Part shown: positions 28,095-39,610 of the stretch, one piece after another
Layout of the letters: every line of letters begins with the position of its first letter
Numbering within the stretch: the stretch's first letter is position 1
Assembly: GCA_947305065.1 (NCBI GenBank)
Contig: CAMZCT010000007.1
Span: 542-64,541 of the forward strand
Direction of reading: 5' to 3'
Origin: an uncultured Mycoplasmatota bacterium
Lineage (GTDB): Bacteria; Bacillota_I; Bacilli_A; RF39; UBA660
Length of the DNA: 64,000 bases
Position numbers and translations under genes: made by a program
The notes under the pieces: model-generated
The model's input: the letters and a program-made list of their open reading frames with translations, nothing else
Databases searched by the model: none
Told to the model about the DNA's origin: nothing

Positions 28095-29372
28095 TCACCT
28101 CAAATTTAAATCTAAGTAATCATCTATTTCTGACTCTTTTACCATTTCTGTATCCTTAGTCAAATTATTTTTAACCTGTATCTCTCCAGCAACTAAATCT
28201 TCACTATTTAAAATAATTAAGTATTTAGCTTTTAATCTATCCGCTTGTTTAAATTGACCTTTTAAATTACGACCAGTCCACTCTGTTTCCACTCTAAATC
28301 CCTGTAATCTTAAATCTTGTGTTAAAGCTACAGCATATTCTTTTTCTGTTTCATTAACATATAAAACAAAAGCATCAATATCGTCGTTAATAGGTAACTT
28401 AATCTCTTCTTTATCTAGAGCCATAACTAATCTTCCAAGTCCACAAGCAAAGCCTATCCCAGGCGTTTCAGGTCCACCTAAATTAGTAACAAGATTATCA
28501 TATCTACCACCGGCAGCAATGACATTATTAGCCCCAAAGTCCTTAACAGTAGCTTCAATTTCAAATACTGTATGACAATAATAATCTAATCCTCTAACTA
28601 TTTTAGGATTAACTTCATAATCGATATCTAAAACATCTAAATAATTTTGAACATCTTCAAATCTATTCTTAGATTCTTCATTTAAATAATCTAACATAAC
28701 TGGAGCATTTTTTAATATTTCATTATCAGCATCAACTTTACAATCTAAAATACGTAAAGGATTCTTCTCTAATCTTTCCTGACAATCTTCACATAAACAT
28801 TTAATGTTAGGTTTAAAATATTTAATTAAAGCTTCACGATAATTATTACGTGATTCCGTATCACCTAAACTATTAATATTTACTTTAACACCTTTTAAAC
28901 CTAATAATTTAAAAATATTAACCGGAATACTAATTACTTCAGCATCAATAGCCGGATCACTACTACCAAGTACTTCTACTCCAAATTGCGTTAATTCTCT
29001 GTCACGTCCAGATTGTGGCCTTTCATACCTATACATAGTTCCATTATAGTATAATTTAACAGGTTGTATAGCATCACCATACATCTTATTTTCAATATAA
29101 CTTCTAACAACCCCAGCAGTTCCTTCTGGTCTTAAAGTCATATTTCTTTTTCCACGATCAACAAAATCATAAGTTTCTTTAGTTACAATATCCGTTGTGT
29201 CTCCAACCCCTCTATGAAATACTTCAGTATTTTCAAATATTGGGGTTCTGATAAAGCTATAATTATACCTAGACATCATCTCATCAACTACAGCAGAAAC
29301 ATAATGCCATTTTTTAGCCTCTTCACCATAAATATCATAAGTTCCTTTTGGTTTAGTAATCATATTATTCAT
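28095..29372 (-). CDS. hisS: Histidyl-tRNA synthetase
   Basis: KGTYDIYG, LRPEGTAGVVR, YRYERPQSGRDRE, GGRYDNL. Confidence 0.95.
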   Translation of the reverse strand: MNNMITKPKGTYDIYGEEAKKWHYVSAVVDEMMSRYNYSFIRTPIFENTEVFHRGVGDTTDIVTKETYDFVDRGKRNMTLRPEGTAGVVRSYIENKMYGDAIQPVKLYYNGTMYRYERPQSGRDRELTQFGVEVLGSSDPAIDAEVISIPVNIFKLLGLKGVKVNINSLGDTESRNNYREALIKYFKPNIKCLCEDCQERLEKNPLRILDCKVDADNEILKNAPVMLDYLNEESKNRFEDVQNYLDVLDIDYEVNPKIVRGLDYYCHTVFEIEATVKDFGANNVIAAGGRYDNLVTNLGGPETPGIGFACGLGRLVMALDKEEIKLPINDDIDAFVLYVNETEKEYAVALTQDLRLQGFRVETEWTGRNLKGQFKQADRLKAKYLIILNSEDLVAGEIQVKNNLTKDTEMVKESEIDDYLDLNLR

Positions 29373-29997
29373 CTCCTTTTATATCTTTTATATTATCTTC
29401 TAATTTTTTGTAAAATGCTCCAATTTGATATCCATCTATAAATCCATGATGGACAAGGATCATAAGATTAGTAGTTATCTTATCATCTTCCTCGATAAAC
29501 TTATCCCAAATAAACTGCGGAATAGTATTATCTTTATTGAATGGAGGAACCAAAGAATTAATTGAATACCATGGAGCACAAGATAACCATATTTCATTCA
29601 AACAGTTAACAACAGTTTTTCTTTCCTTACCATTGTGATATTCTTCCCTAACCTTTTTAAACTCTCTATCAAATTCTTCCATATCATCGACATATTGAAC
29701 GTCAAAATAATATACATCTTTATTCTCAATATTTTCCGTAAAATTAGGAACCAAATCATCAAACAAATAAATATTATCTCCATCTCGACGATATTTAAAT
29801 TCATTAAATTCATTAGCTGTTTTAGTAATCATATATCCCATTGCAGAATACATTGATAATTTCTTTTCCTTTGCATAATTATATAGATTAGTAATATCTA
29901 TTTTCACAGAAATAATAACAAAAGGATTTGTACATATATCATAATGTTTAAACGTTTCATATCTCGACCATTTTTCTAAATCAATTTCCCTTTTCAT
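29365..29997 (-). CDS. Chloramphenicol-acetyltransferase-fold (CAT family) protein
   Basis: About 210 aa. N-terminal W.R...F.HY and C-terminal LMILVHHGFIDGYQIG (the catalytic HH..DG motif of the CAT fold). Overlaps the hisS start by 8 nt. Confidence 0.7.
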   Translation of the reverse strand: MKREIDLEKWSRYETFKHYDICTNPFVIISVKIDITNLYNYAKEKKLSMYSAMGYMITKTANEFNEFKYRRDGDNIYLFDDLVPNFTENIENKDVYYFDVQYVDDMEEFDREFKKVREEYHNGKERKTVVNCLNEIWLSCAPWYSINSLVPPFNKDNTIPQFIWDKFIEEDDKITTNLMILVHHGFIDGYQIGAFYKKLEDNIKDIKGDE

Positions 29998-30009
29998 CTT
30001 AATCCTCCT

Positions 30010-30218
30010 TAAACAAAAAACCTAGATATTGTAAGGACGTATAACTACGCGGTGCCACCTTACTTTACCTAGGTACTCTCATATAATTTATATCGCTATT
30101 AAGCGTCTTGCTATAAATACAAAGTGTTCTTCATATATTATCCCTCAAGAACTCTTTCAGCCGGTGAAGTTCCTCTCTAATTGAGTACCAAATATACTAC
30201 TCCTTCAACAAGAAATCT
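30010..30218 (-). promoter_or_regulatory. T-box leader (tRNA-sensing riboswitch)
   Basis: On the minus strand: AGAGAGG stem-I element, T-box core AAGGTGGCACCGCG (30048-30059), then a long terminator helix ACCTAGGTAAAGTAAGG / CCTTACAATATCTAGGT plus T6. CAC triplets occur in stem I. Confidence 0.8.
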
Positions 30219-30224
30219 AAATGT

Positions 30225-30253
30225 ATCATACTATCTTTTTTGCAAGAAGTCAA
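30225..30253 (-). promoter_or_regulatory. Promoter of the T-box operon
   Basis: On the minus strand: TTGACT, 17-nt spacer, TATGAT. Confidence 0.55.
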
Positions 30254-31561
30254 TTACTTCCACCTATTTGAATTAGCAATATAACGAGAATATCCATATT
30301 TTAATTCTCTAGCTTCATACACCTTAAGAGTGATAATTTTATCTTCATAATCTATCTCATAAGTAAACGCTGGATTAAAATGATTATTCTCGGTATTAAG
30401 ATCTCTAAAGAATAATTTAATTGGTTCTATTCTATCATCTAAAACATAATCTCTAAAATGAAGAGTATTATCATCATATTTCCAATACATAATCAAATAT
30501 TTAGTATGAACTACAGCAGCAACGTTTGGAACATCAAGTAAAGTACCTGCATTCAATTTATGTATCTTAAAGGAATGATAAGTTTCCCCAGTATCAAGTT
30601 TGCTCTTATAACCCGTTTTAAAGTAATAAGACATGTTATTATTCTCCCAGAAATCATATATAACACTATCATAATCTTTAATCAAATATGTATCTTTCTT
30701 TAAATCATAAACGTACCATTTATCATTCTTAGATAAAATATAAAATCCAGTATATTTATTAAAATTAATGGAATCGTATTCGAAGTCTAAAATAATATCA
30801 TAAGTTCCATCTTCTTTAAAGTTTACTAAACCCCATTTCCTATTATCATAATTTCTTACTATATAATTATTACTGCTATCACCTACACCGTAAGAATAAC
30901 TATCAATTATAGAATGTTTAATATCAGCAAATTTATCTAGTATTACATTTCTTGCAATATCATAATAATAAATTGTTCTTACATATTGAGAATCATCTTT
31001 AGAATCTTTCTGTTCTACAGAATCATCTACAAAGCCAAATCTCTCATACAAAACTCCCATATTAGGTTGACTTGGTAGTGCACTAAGAATATCAGAATTT
31101 TCAATATTAAACTCATCAGTACCTGAAGTAGCTAAAGTACACTTATCTTCAGAATTAACACACTTATAAGCACCTAAAAGATTAGTTCTTCTTGTATAAA
31201 AATATACTAAACCACGATAATTAGGTTGATACTTAGGATTCTGTGGAACTGGATAATCCTTATATGTAGAAGGTAAACCATTAGTTATTTCACATTGTTT
31301 AGGTGACATCCAAAATGGTACTAATTCAGTAAAGTGTGTAGAAGTACTATCATACTTACGATAAGTATAACCCAAAGTCATATAACTATGTACTACCCCA
31401 TCATCACATTTCCCTTGAGTATGTATAGATAATATAGGAGGTTCATCTCTTGTATATCTAAAATAATTAACCGTAAATAATAAAACCCAAATAATAACAG
31501 CAATTAATACTATTATTTCTATTAATTTCTTCTTAGTAATCTGAGCCGGTGCATTATACAT
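30254..31561 (-). CDS. Membrane-anchored WG-repeat (KWG-like) protein
   Basis: N-terminal TM helix. NRKWGLVNFKEDGTYDIILDFEYDSI and similar repeats resemble WG-containing beta repeats. Confidence 0.55.
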   Translation of the reverse strand: MYNAPAQITKKKLIEIIVLIAVIIWVLLFTVNYFRYTRDEPPILSIHTQGKCDDGVVHSYMTLGYTYRKYDSTSTHFTELVPFWMSPKQCEITNGLPSTYKDYPVPQNPKYQPNYRGLVYFYTRRTNLLGAYKCVNSEDKCTLATSGTDEFNIENSDILSALPSQPNMGVLYERFGFVDDSVEQKDSKDDSQYVRTIYYYDIARNVILDKFADIKHSIIDSYSYGVGDSSNNYIVRNYDNRKWGLVNFKEDGTYDIILDFEYDSINFNKYTGFYILSKNDKWYVYDLKKDTYLIKDYDSVIYDFWENNNMSYYFKTGYKSKLDTGETYHSFKIHKLNAGTLLDVPNVAAVVHTKYLIMYWKYDDNTLHFRDYVLDDRIEPIKLFFRDLNTENNHFNPAFTYEIDYEDKIITLKVYEARELKYGYSRYIANSNRWK

Positions 31562-31629
31562 TTAACATCACATCCAATCATATTCTATCATAAAATCAAA
31601 GAAGATAAATCCCTTTTATCTTCTTAAAT

Positions 31630-32394
31630 TTACAAAAGTTCAACATCACTTGAATACAAGTAATATTCACCTAAACTATTTTTCTTAAAAATATGTTTAT
31701 AATATACTCCATCTTTTTTTATGAAATCCTGATTAATTTCTGGTAATTCTTTTTTCTTATCTGCACAGAATTCTTCACCATAATATTTAACACAAACTTC
31801 ATCATTACTATAATCCAGATGTAAGTAATATTCATAAACTACTATTTCATCCTTAACTTTATAAGCCTTATCTATTAATGAATAATCCTTAACTAATGGA
31901 TTATAATAAGTTAAGTGGCAATAATACTTTTTGCTGAACTTACAATGATAACCATCAAAAGATATTTCATTAATTTGCAAATCTCTATCAATATCAAATA
32001 ACTTTTTTTCATAACTCTTAACAACTTCATTATCAATGACTCTAATCTTACATGTCTCAGATGATATAAACCATAAGTTACCTTTAACCTGACACATAAT
32101 TTTAGTAGGACGAATATTAATTTCGTTATAATCTTTTTTGTTTAAAGACAATAATATTTGTTTAAATACTGTTTCATCATCTAAAGTATCGGCCTGCATA
32201 TATCCATCTCTTAAATAATCCGAAGTAGATAATACAGAAACCATATTTATAATTTCTTCAGATTTAACATCTACTTTTTCTTGCTTTTCTTCCTTTGTAA
32301 TACCATAAGAATTCTCAGTATATGCTTGGAAGCCAAAAAACAATCCACCAGCAATCAAAAGCCAAAAACTCAAAACAAATATTATCTTTTTCAT
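31630..32394 (-). CDS. Secreted or membrane-anchored hypothetical protein
   Basis: Start probably MKKIIFVLSFWLLIAGGLFFG (32394) behind GGAGGGATGG. Confidence 0.5.
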   Translation of the reverse strand: MKKIIFVLSFWLLIAGGLFFGFQAYTENSYGITKEEKQEKVDVKSEEIINMVSVLSTSDYLRDGYMQADTLDDETVFKQILLSLNKKDYNEINIRPTKIMCQVKGNLWFISSETCKIRVIDNEVVKSYEKKLFDIDRDLQINEISFDGYHCKFSKKYYCHLTYYNPLVKDYSLIDKAYKVKDEIVVYEYYLHLDYSNDEVCVKYYGEEFCADKKKELPEINQDFIKKDGVYYKHIFKKNSLGEYYLYSSDVELL

Positions 32395-32410
32395 CTCTAA
32401 ACCATCCCTC

Positions 32411-32848
32411 CTATTTAGAATCAATAATTATTGTAACAGGACCATCATTATGAATAACAACACTCATATCAGCCCCAAAAACACCTTTATAAGTAGGTAC
32501 TATTTTATTTAATTTGTCTGCCATCTCATCATATAGTGGCAATGCCTTTTCCCCACCAAGCGCTTTAACATAAGAAGGTCTATTACCTTTTGATGCATCA
32601 CCATACAAGGTAAATTGACTAATTAATAAAACGCTTCCTTTTACATCTAAAACACTTTTATTCATTACGTCATTTTCATCTTCAAAAACACGTAAATTAG
32701 CAATTTTATTTACTAAATAATCAATTTCTTTACTAGTATCTCCCTCAGTAAAACCAACTAAAACATTTAATCCTTCTTGAATCTCGTTAATCAGTTTTCC
32801 CCCTACGGAGACACTACTATACTTAACTTTTTGAACTACTACTTTCAT
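32411..32848 (-). CDS. dtd: D-aminoacyl-tRNA deacylase
   Basis: MKVVVQKV..SQFTLYGDASKGNRPSY..GADM. Directly downstream of relA, as in Bacillus. Confidence 0.9.
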   Translation of the reverse strand: MKVVVQKVKYSSVSVGGKLINEIQEGLNVLVGFTEGDTSKEIDYLVNKIANLRVFEDENDVMNKSVLDVKGSVLLISQFTLYGDASKGNRPSYVKALGGEKALPLYDEMADKLNKIVPTYKGVFGADMSVVIHNDGPVTIIIDSK

Positions 32849-32849
32849 T

Positions 32850-35000
32850 TTAATTATTCTTTCTACTTACTTCTTTTACAAAAGGTAAAGATTTAACATC
32901 ACTTATAAAGTTATTTAAGCTTTCAGAATCTTTAGTCTTAACAGTAAGTCTATAAATAGTTTCTAAGCCTTGAATTGATGTACTTACGCCTTCTAGATAA
33001 ACATCTCTTACAGAAGCTTTTGTAACTATATCTAACAATCTATTCTTTTCATCTATAACACTAATTACAATATCCGTATCATAAGAAGTTTCAGAATCAA
33101 AATTCCAAGATACATCGATAAGACGATCAGTATTATGAATATTAGGGCAATCCTTCTTATGTACTAATATACCTTCACCCTTGGTAATATATCCAATAAT
33201 TTCATCACCTTTAACCGGTTTACAACATTTAGCAATATTAACCAAGATATCATCAGTACCAGCTACAATAATATCTCCCTTATTTGTTTTATTACTATTA
33301 AAATAATTAGATACCCTGTCAAGATAAACATCCATAACATCTCGTTTATCCTCATAAACTAAATCAATTATATAACCAGGTGTAAATCTCAATGATCCAA
33401 TAGATAAATATAAATCCTCTAAATTATCTAATTTAACATCTTTTAATATTTTATTAACATTAGTTTCACTTAATACTTCATTGAAAGATAAATGGCGTTT
33501 TCTAATCTCCTTATCCAACATCTCTTTACCAACTTTAATATAGTTAGCTTTATCTATTTTACTAAAATAAGACTTAATCTTATTTTTAGCTTGACTAGTT
33601 TTAACAAAGTTTAACCAGTCCTTATTAGGGTTAGGTTCTTTAGAAGTATTGATTTTAACAATATCACCATCTTCTAAAGTATAATTTAGAGGAACAATTT
33701 GATTATTAACTAATGCCCCAATAGTTCTATCTCCAACTCCACTATGTATTCTATAGGCAAAATCTATTGGTGTTGCCCCTTTAGGTAGCTCTAAAACATC
33801 TCCTTTTGGAGTATAACAATATATAAAATCCGTTAAGAATTCATTATTAAGATTAGAAGCGAATTCCTTATCTGATGTTACATCATTATTAGATTCAATC
33901 ACATTTCTAAACATCTCTAATTTTTGTTCCATTAAAGATTGAATCTTTACAGAACCTTTTTCCTTATAAGACCAGTGTGAAGCAATACCTTTCTCGGCAA
34001 TCTCATCCATTTCATATGTTCTAACTTGAACCTCAAATAGATTACCACCTTCACCAAATATAGTAGTATGTAAGCTTTGATACATGTTTTCTTTAGGATT
34101 AGCAATATAATCTTTAAATCTACCTGGCATAGGTCTATATTTACTATGTATTAAACCAATTGCTAAATAACAATCTTGTTCTGTATTAACAAATACTCTT
34201 AGCGCTAGAATATCATATATATCATTCCAACGTTTACCATTATCCATTTTATTATATAAACTATGTACAGATTTAACTCTTCCTTTAATCTTAAATTCAA
34301 TACCATTCTCCGTTAGTATTTCGGAAATACTAGCTTTCATATCATTTAATAAATCATTTAATTCTTCACGAGAAGACTCTAAACGTTCAACAATATCATT
34401 ATAAATATCAGGTTTAGTATACTTTAAACACAAATCTTCCAACTCGCTTTTAATACTATTAATACCTAACCTATGCGCTATAGGAATTAAAACAGCTTCA
34501 GTTTCATTAGCTTTAGCTTTTCTTTCTTGTGGAGGTAAAGCATCCAAAGTTCTCATATTATGTAATCTATCTGCTAATTTAATGAATAAAACTCTAACAT
34601 CTTCAGATAAACCAACTAATACTTTTCTTAAATAAGCAGCAGAAGAATCCTGATCATCCTTTAATTCTAATCGATTAATTTTAGTAATACTCTTAACAAT
34701 ATTACCTATTTCTTCCCCAAAGTTTTTGTATATATCTTCAATAGTAGCATCAGCATGATTAACAGTCTCATGAAGTAAAGCAGCTGCTACAGTAACATAA
34801 TCACTATTTAAATCTGCTAAAATATTAGCTACTTCTAGTGGGTGAGTAATGTAATCATCACCATTTAATCTCTTACGACCTGCATGTTTTTCTTTTGCAA
34901 ATTCATAAGCTTTGCTAATAATATCTAATTCTTCCTGATTTTTAAAAACTTTTTTAATTTTATTATATAAAACTTCGTAAGTTATGCTATTAGTTTTCAT
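32850..35000 (-). CDS. relA: Bifunctional (p)ppGpp synthetase/hydrolase
   Basis: HD domain (HPLEVANILADL, LLHETV), synthetase motif DYIANPKENMYQSLHTT, plus TGS and ACT regions. Length 716 aa. Confidence 0.95.
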   Translation of the reverse strand: MKTNSITYEVLYNKIKKVFKNQEELDIISKAYEFAKEKHAGRKRLNGDDYITHPLEVANILADLNSDYVTVAAALLHETVNHADATIEDIYKNFGEEIGNIVKSITKINRLELKDDQDSSAAYLRKVLVGLSEDVRVLFIKLADRLHNMRTLDALPPQERKAKANETEAVLIPIAHRLGINSIKSELEDLCLKYTKPDIYNDIVERLESSREELNDLLNDMKASISEILTENGIEFKIKGRVKSVHSLYNKMDNGKRWNDIYDILALRVFVNTEQDCYLAIGLIHSKYRPMPGRFKDYIANPKENMYQSLHTTIFGEGGNLFEVQVRTYEMDEIAEKGIASHWSYKEKGSVKIQSLMEQKLEMFRNVIESNNDVTSDKEFASNLNNEFLTDFIYCYTPKGDVLELPKGATPIDFAYRIHSGVGDRTIGALVNNQIVPLNYTLEDGDIVKINTSKEPNPNKDWLNFVKTSQAKNKIKSYFSKIDKANYIKVGKEMLDKEIRKRHLSFNEVLSETNVNKILKDVKLDNLEDLYLSIGSLRFTPGYIIDLVYEDKRDVMDVYLDRVSNYFNSNKTNKGDIIVAGTDDILVNIAKCCKPVKGDEIIGYITKGEGILVHKKDCPNIHNTDRLIDVSWNFDSETSYDTDIVISVIDEKNRLLDIVTKASVRDVYLEGVSTSIQGLETIYRLTVKTKDSESLNNFISDVKSLPFVKEVSRKNN

Positions 35001-35041
35001 TATGAGACCTCTATCCTATTTTAAGTAATACTTTAGTGCAT

Positions 35042-35284
35042 TCAAGATGCTTTTTTTTCTAAATAAGACTTATATATTATTTCATTATTACAATTCAAAA
35101 TATCATCAACAATATCACAAAGAGCAATATTATTTCCGTTCTTCCAAAAAAGTTCAATTAATAAGTTCCAAATATCATCTTGAGTAATAAAATTATAACC
35201 ACAAGATTTCATTTCCTTTACCTTAGTAGTTAAGGCAGGATAGACAAGATTTTTAAGTTCATTACTATTATTAATTTCCGGCAT
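35042..35284 (-). CDS. Small protein, possibly a ComN-like post-transcriptional regulator
   Basis: 80 aa. VYPALTTKVKEMKSCGYNFITQDDIWNLLIELFWK resembles the ComN/YrzD family. Weak call. Confidence 0.35.
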   Translation of the reverse strand: MPEINNSNELKNLVYPALTTKVKEMKSCGYNFITQDDIWNLLIELFWKNGNNIALCDIVDDILNCNNEIIYKSYLEKKAS

Positions 35285-35394
35285 AAAAAATCACCCGTCT
35301 ATTCCTTTAAAACAATTATATAACAAAACCCTTTTTAAAAAAAGAAAAAAGCCACACTTTTTGTGACTTTTTATATTTTTATACATTTATAATG

Positions 35395-36585
<1,191 letters not shown>

Positions 36586-36660
36586 TTAATTATATCATAT
36601 TTCTTATCATTAAAAAACTAGAATATTCTAGTCATTTCTATAATAAATATATGAATACAT

Positions 36661-37698
36661 TTACATATGATTTGTAATAAACATAGCATCTCCAAAACTA
36701 AAGAATCTATACTTTTCTTTAATAGCTTCATTATAAGCATTAAGTATTATATCCCTACTACTAAAAGCTGATACAAGCATTACTAGAGTAGACTTGGGTA
36801 AGTGAAAATTAGTAATTAAACAATCAATAGCTTTAAATTTATATCCAGGATATATAAATATATCTGTATCTCCACTACAAGCTTTAAACTTGCCTTCATA
36901 TAAAGAAGCAACTGTTTCTAAAGTCCTCGTACTAGTAGTACCAACTGCTACTATTCTTCTTCCCTCATCTTTAGCTTTATTTAGTATATCAGCCGTTTCT
37001 TTATACATAATATAATATTCACTATGCATCTTATGTTCTAATATATTTTCAACCTCAACAGGTCTAAAAGTTCCAAGTCCAACATGCAAAGTAACATAAG
37101 TAATAATTATACCTTTATCCTCAATCCTTTTTAATAACTCTTTAGTAAAATGTAATCCAGCAGTTGGTGCAGCAGCACTACCAGACACCTTAGCATAAAC
37201 AGTTTGATATCTAGATTGATCTTTTAGTTTTTCATGTATATATGGAGGTAATGGCATCGTACCAAGTTTATCTAATATTTCCATTAGTATTCCTTCATAT
37301 ATTAATTTAACATGAATAATACCTTCTTCAAGCTTATTAACTACCTCACATCTTAATGAACCATCACCAAATTTAATAACTGTTCCTATTTTCAATCTTT
37401 TACCTGGTTTACCAAGACATTCCCAAGTATCATCACCAATATCTTTAAGCAATAGTATTTCTATTACAGCTCCAGTATCTTCTTTTTCACCTATTAATCT
37501 AGCAGGAATAACCTTAGTATCATTTAATACTAAAACATCTCCTTTATTTAAATAATCAATAATATTATAAAAATTTTCATGTTTTATATTCCCCGTCATC
37601 TTGTTTAGTATTAGTAATCTAGAAGCACTTCTTTCCTTTAATGGAGTTTGAGCAATCAATTCCTTAGGTAAATCATAATCGAATTCATTTATATTCAT
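36661..37698 (-). CDS. queA: S-adenosylmethionine:tRNA ribosyltransferase-isomerase
   Basis: [41 protein letters not shown]. Confidence 0.95.
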   Translation of the reverse strand: MNINEFDYDLPKELIAQTPLKERSASRLLILNKMTGNIKHENFYNIIDYLNKGDVLVLNDTKVIPARLIGEKEDTGAVIEILLLKDIGDDTWECLGKPGKRLKIGTVIKFGDGSLRCEVVNKLEEGIIHVKLIYEGILMEILDKLGTMPLPPYIHEKLKDQSRYQTVYAKVSGSAAAPTAGLHFTKELLKRIEDKGIIITYVTLHVGLGTFRPVEVENILEHKMHSEYYIMYKETADILNKAKDEGRRIVAVGTTSTRTLETVASLYEGKFKACSGDTDIFIYPGYKFKAIDCLITNFHLPKSTLVMLVSAFSSRDIILNAYNEAIKEKYRFFSFGDAMFITNHM

Positions 37699-37865
37699 AT
37701 AACATCCCTTTTTTCCAAAAATCATTATATATAAAAAGACTCTTTTTGTCGAGTCATTTATCTTATCTTTAATTACAAATATATTATAACATAAATAATA
37801 TAAAAATAAAAGGCTTGTTCCTAATAAATAATATAACTATAATGTGATAAAAGGGAGGGGTTGTC

Positions 37866-39596
37866 ATAAAAGAATTTTTCAAAAATTTTAAATTTGTTTG
37901 GCACTATGCCAAAAACGAGAAGAAAAGAATTGTAATATTTACGATATTAAGTATTATTACAGTAGTAGAAAGTATTGTCTTCCCATTTCTTAGTGCTAAA
38001 ATCATTGTAAATATTACAACCAATAAAATCAATCAATTGCTCATGATGAGTGTCATAATATGTGCACTAGATATGTTTTTCAACTTTATTATGTATTTTC
38101 GGGGAAGACAATATGAAGTAATATTCCGTAACGTCTTTACAAACGTCCAATATGAATTAGGAAAAGAAATACTTACTTTAAGCAACAAATCATTAGAAGA
38201 AAATGGATCTGGCATGTTCATTCAAAGAATAATTGGTGACACTAGAACAATTTCAGCCATTTTTACGGATATTAATCGATATATGAATGGCATATTAAGT
38301 AATATTGGCATCATAGTCTCATTTTTTGTTATAAATAAGCCTATGTTTTTCTTTGTTATATTTTCTTTAATTATCAAAATGACTATCGAAACAAAAAGAA
38401 TAAATACCTATAATAAAAGCGAAAAAGAATTCCGTACCTTAAATGACTCCTTAACAAGTTTCACTGGTGAAATCGTTAAAGGTGCTGAAGATATAAAAAT
38501 GTTAAATAGTGAAGATAGTTTCTTATTAGAATTAAGGAAAAGATTCACTGCTTTAAACGAAAAAAAATTCAAAATGGAAAATACCAAATATAATTACTAC
38601 ATAATTGGTTGGAACTGGTACTCAATAAGTCACTTAATAACAATGTGTATCATCGCTTTTTCAATAAAAAACAACACCTTAACTCTTGCTATGGGAGTAA
38701 CAGTTTATCATTTCAGTAATAGATATTCTAACCTTATCTTCAATATAACCAATTTCCAAGAATTAATAAAAAGATTTAATCTATCAACATCACGAATATT
38801 AGAAATATATGATAATGAAAAGCTCCCTAAAGAAACATTCGGTAAAAAGCATCTAGATAAGGTTAAAGGTAACTTTTATTTCCAAAACGTTACTTTTAAA
38901 TATGGTAAAAATAAAGTTCTTAAAAACTTATCATTTAAAGTAAAAGCTAATGAAACAGTTGCCTTCGTAGGTAAAAGTGGAGCTGGAAAAACTACTATAT
39001 TTAAACTATTATGCAAAATGTATGATGATTATAAAGGTAGTATTACTATAGACAACACAAATATAAAAGAATTAGATAAAGATTCCATAAGAGGTAATAT
39101 AACAATAGTCAGTCAAAACCCTTATATTTTTAATATGAGCATTAAAGATAACTTAAGATTAGTAAAAGCTGATATTACAAATAAAGAAATAAAAGAAGCA
39201 TGCAAAATGGCTTGTTTAGATAACTTTATAGAGAAATTACCTGATAAATACGACACCATTATTGGTGAAGGCGGAGTAAACTTATCGGGTGGTCAAAAAC
39301 AAAGACTAGCTATAGCCCGAGCCTTTGTCCAAAAAACAGAAATCATTCTATTTGACGAAGCTACTAGTGCCTTAGATAACGAAACGCAAACAAAAATTCA
39401 ACAAGCAATAGATAACTTGCAAAAAGATTATACAATACTAATAATTGCTCATCGCTTATCAACTATCAAAAATGCTAATCGTATATTAGTACTAGATGAT
39501 GGCCATATAGTAGCCGAAGGTACACATAAACAATTAATGAGAAATTGTAAAGAATATATTAATTTATATAATACGGAAATACGAAAAAAAGACTAA
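37866..39596 (+). CDS. ABC exporter, fused permease and ATPase
   Basis: Walker A GKSGAGKTT, signature LSGGQKQR, Walker B ILFDEATSALD. The frame is open from 37851 and encodes a typical TM1 region, but has no ATG/GTG/TTG before 38037. AGGGAGGGG is followed by ATA at 37866. Confidence 0.8.
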   Translation: MKEFFKNFKFVWHYAKNEKKRIVIFTILSIITVVESIVFPFLSAKIIVNITTNKINQLLMMSVIICALDMFFNFIMYFRGRQYEVIFRNVFTNVQYELGKEILTLSNKSLEENGSGMFIQRIIGDTRTISAIFTDINRYMNGILSNIGIIVSFFVINKPMFFFVIFSLIIKMTIETKRINTYNKSEKEFRTLNDSLTSFTGEIVKGAEDIKMLNSEDSFLLELRKRFTALNEKKFKMENTKYNYYIIGWNWYSISHLITMCIIAFSIKNNTLTLAMGVTVYHFSNRYSNLIFNITNFQELIKRFNLSTSRILEIYDNEKLPKETFGKKHLDKVKGNFYFQNVTFKYGKNKVLKNLSFKVKANETVAFVGKSGAGKTTIFKLLCKMYDDYKGSITIDNTNIKELDKDSIRGNITIVSQNPYIFNMSIKDNLRLVKADITNKEIKEACKMACLDNFIEKLPDKYDTIIGEGGVNLSGGQKQRLAIARAFVQKTEIILFDEATSALDNETQTKIQQAIDNLQKDYTILIIAHRLSTIKNANRILVLDDGHIVAEGTHKQLMRNCKEYINLYNTEIRKKD

Positions 39597-39610
39597 ACTT
39601 AGTCTTTTTT
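39585..39610. terminator. Bidirectional terminator
   Basis: AAAAAAGACTAA..TTAGTCTTTTTT spans both convergent stop codons. Confidence 0.6.
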
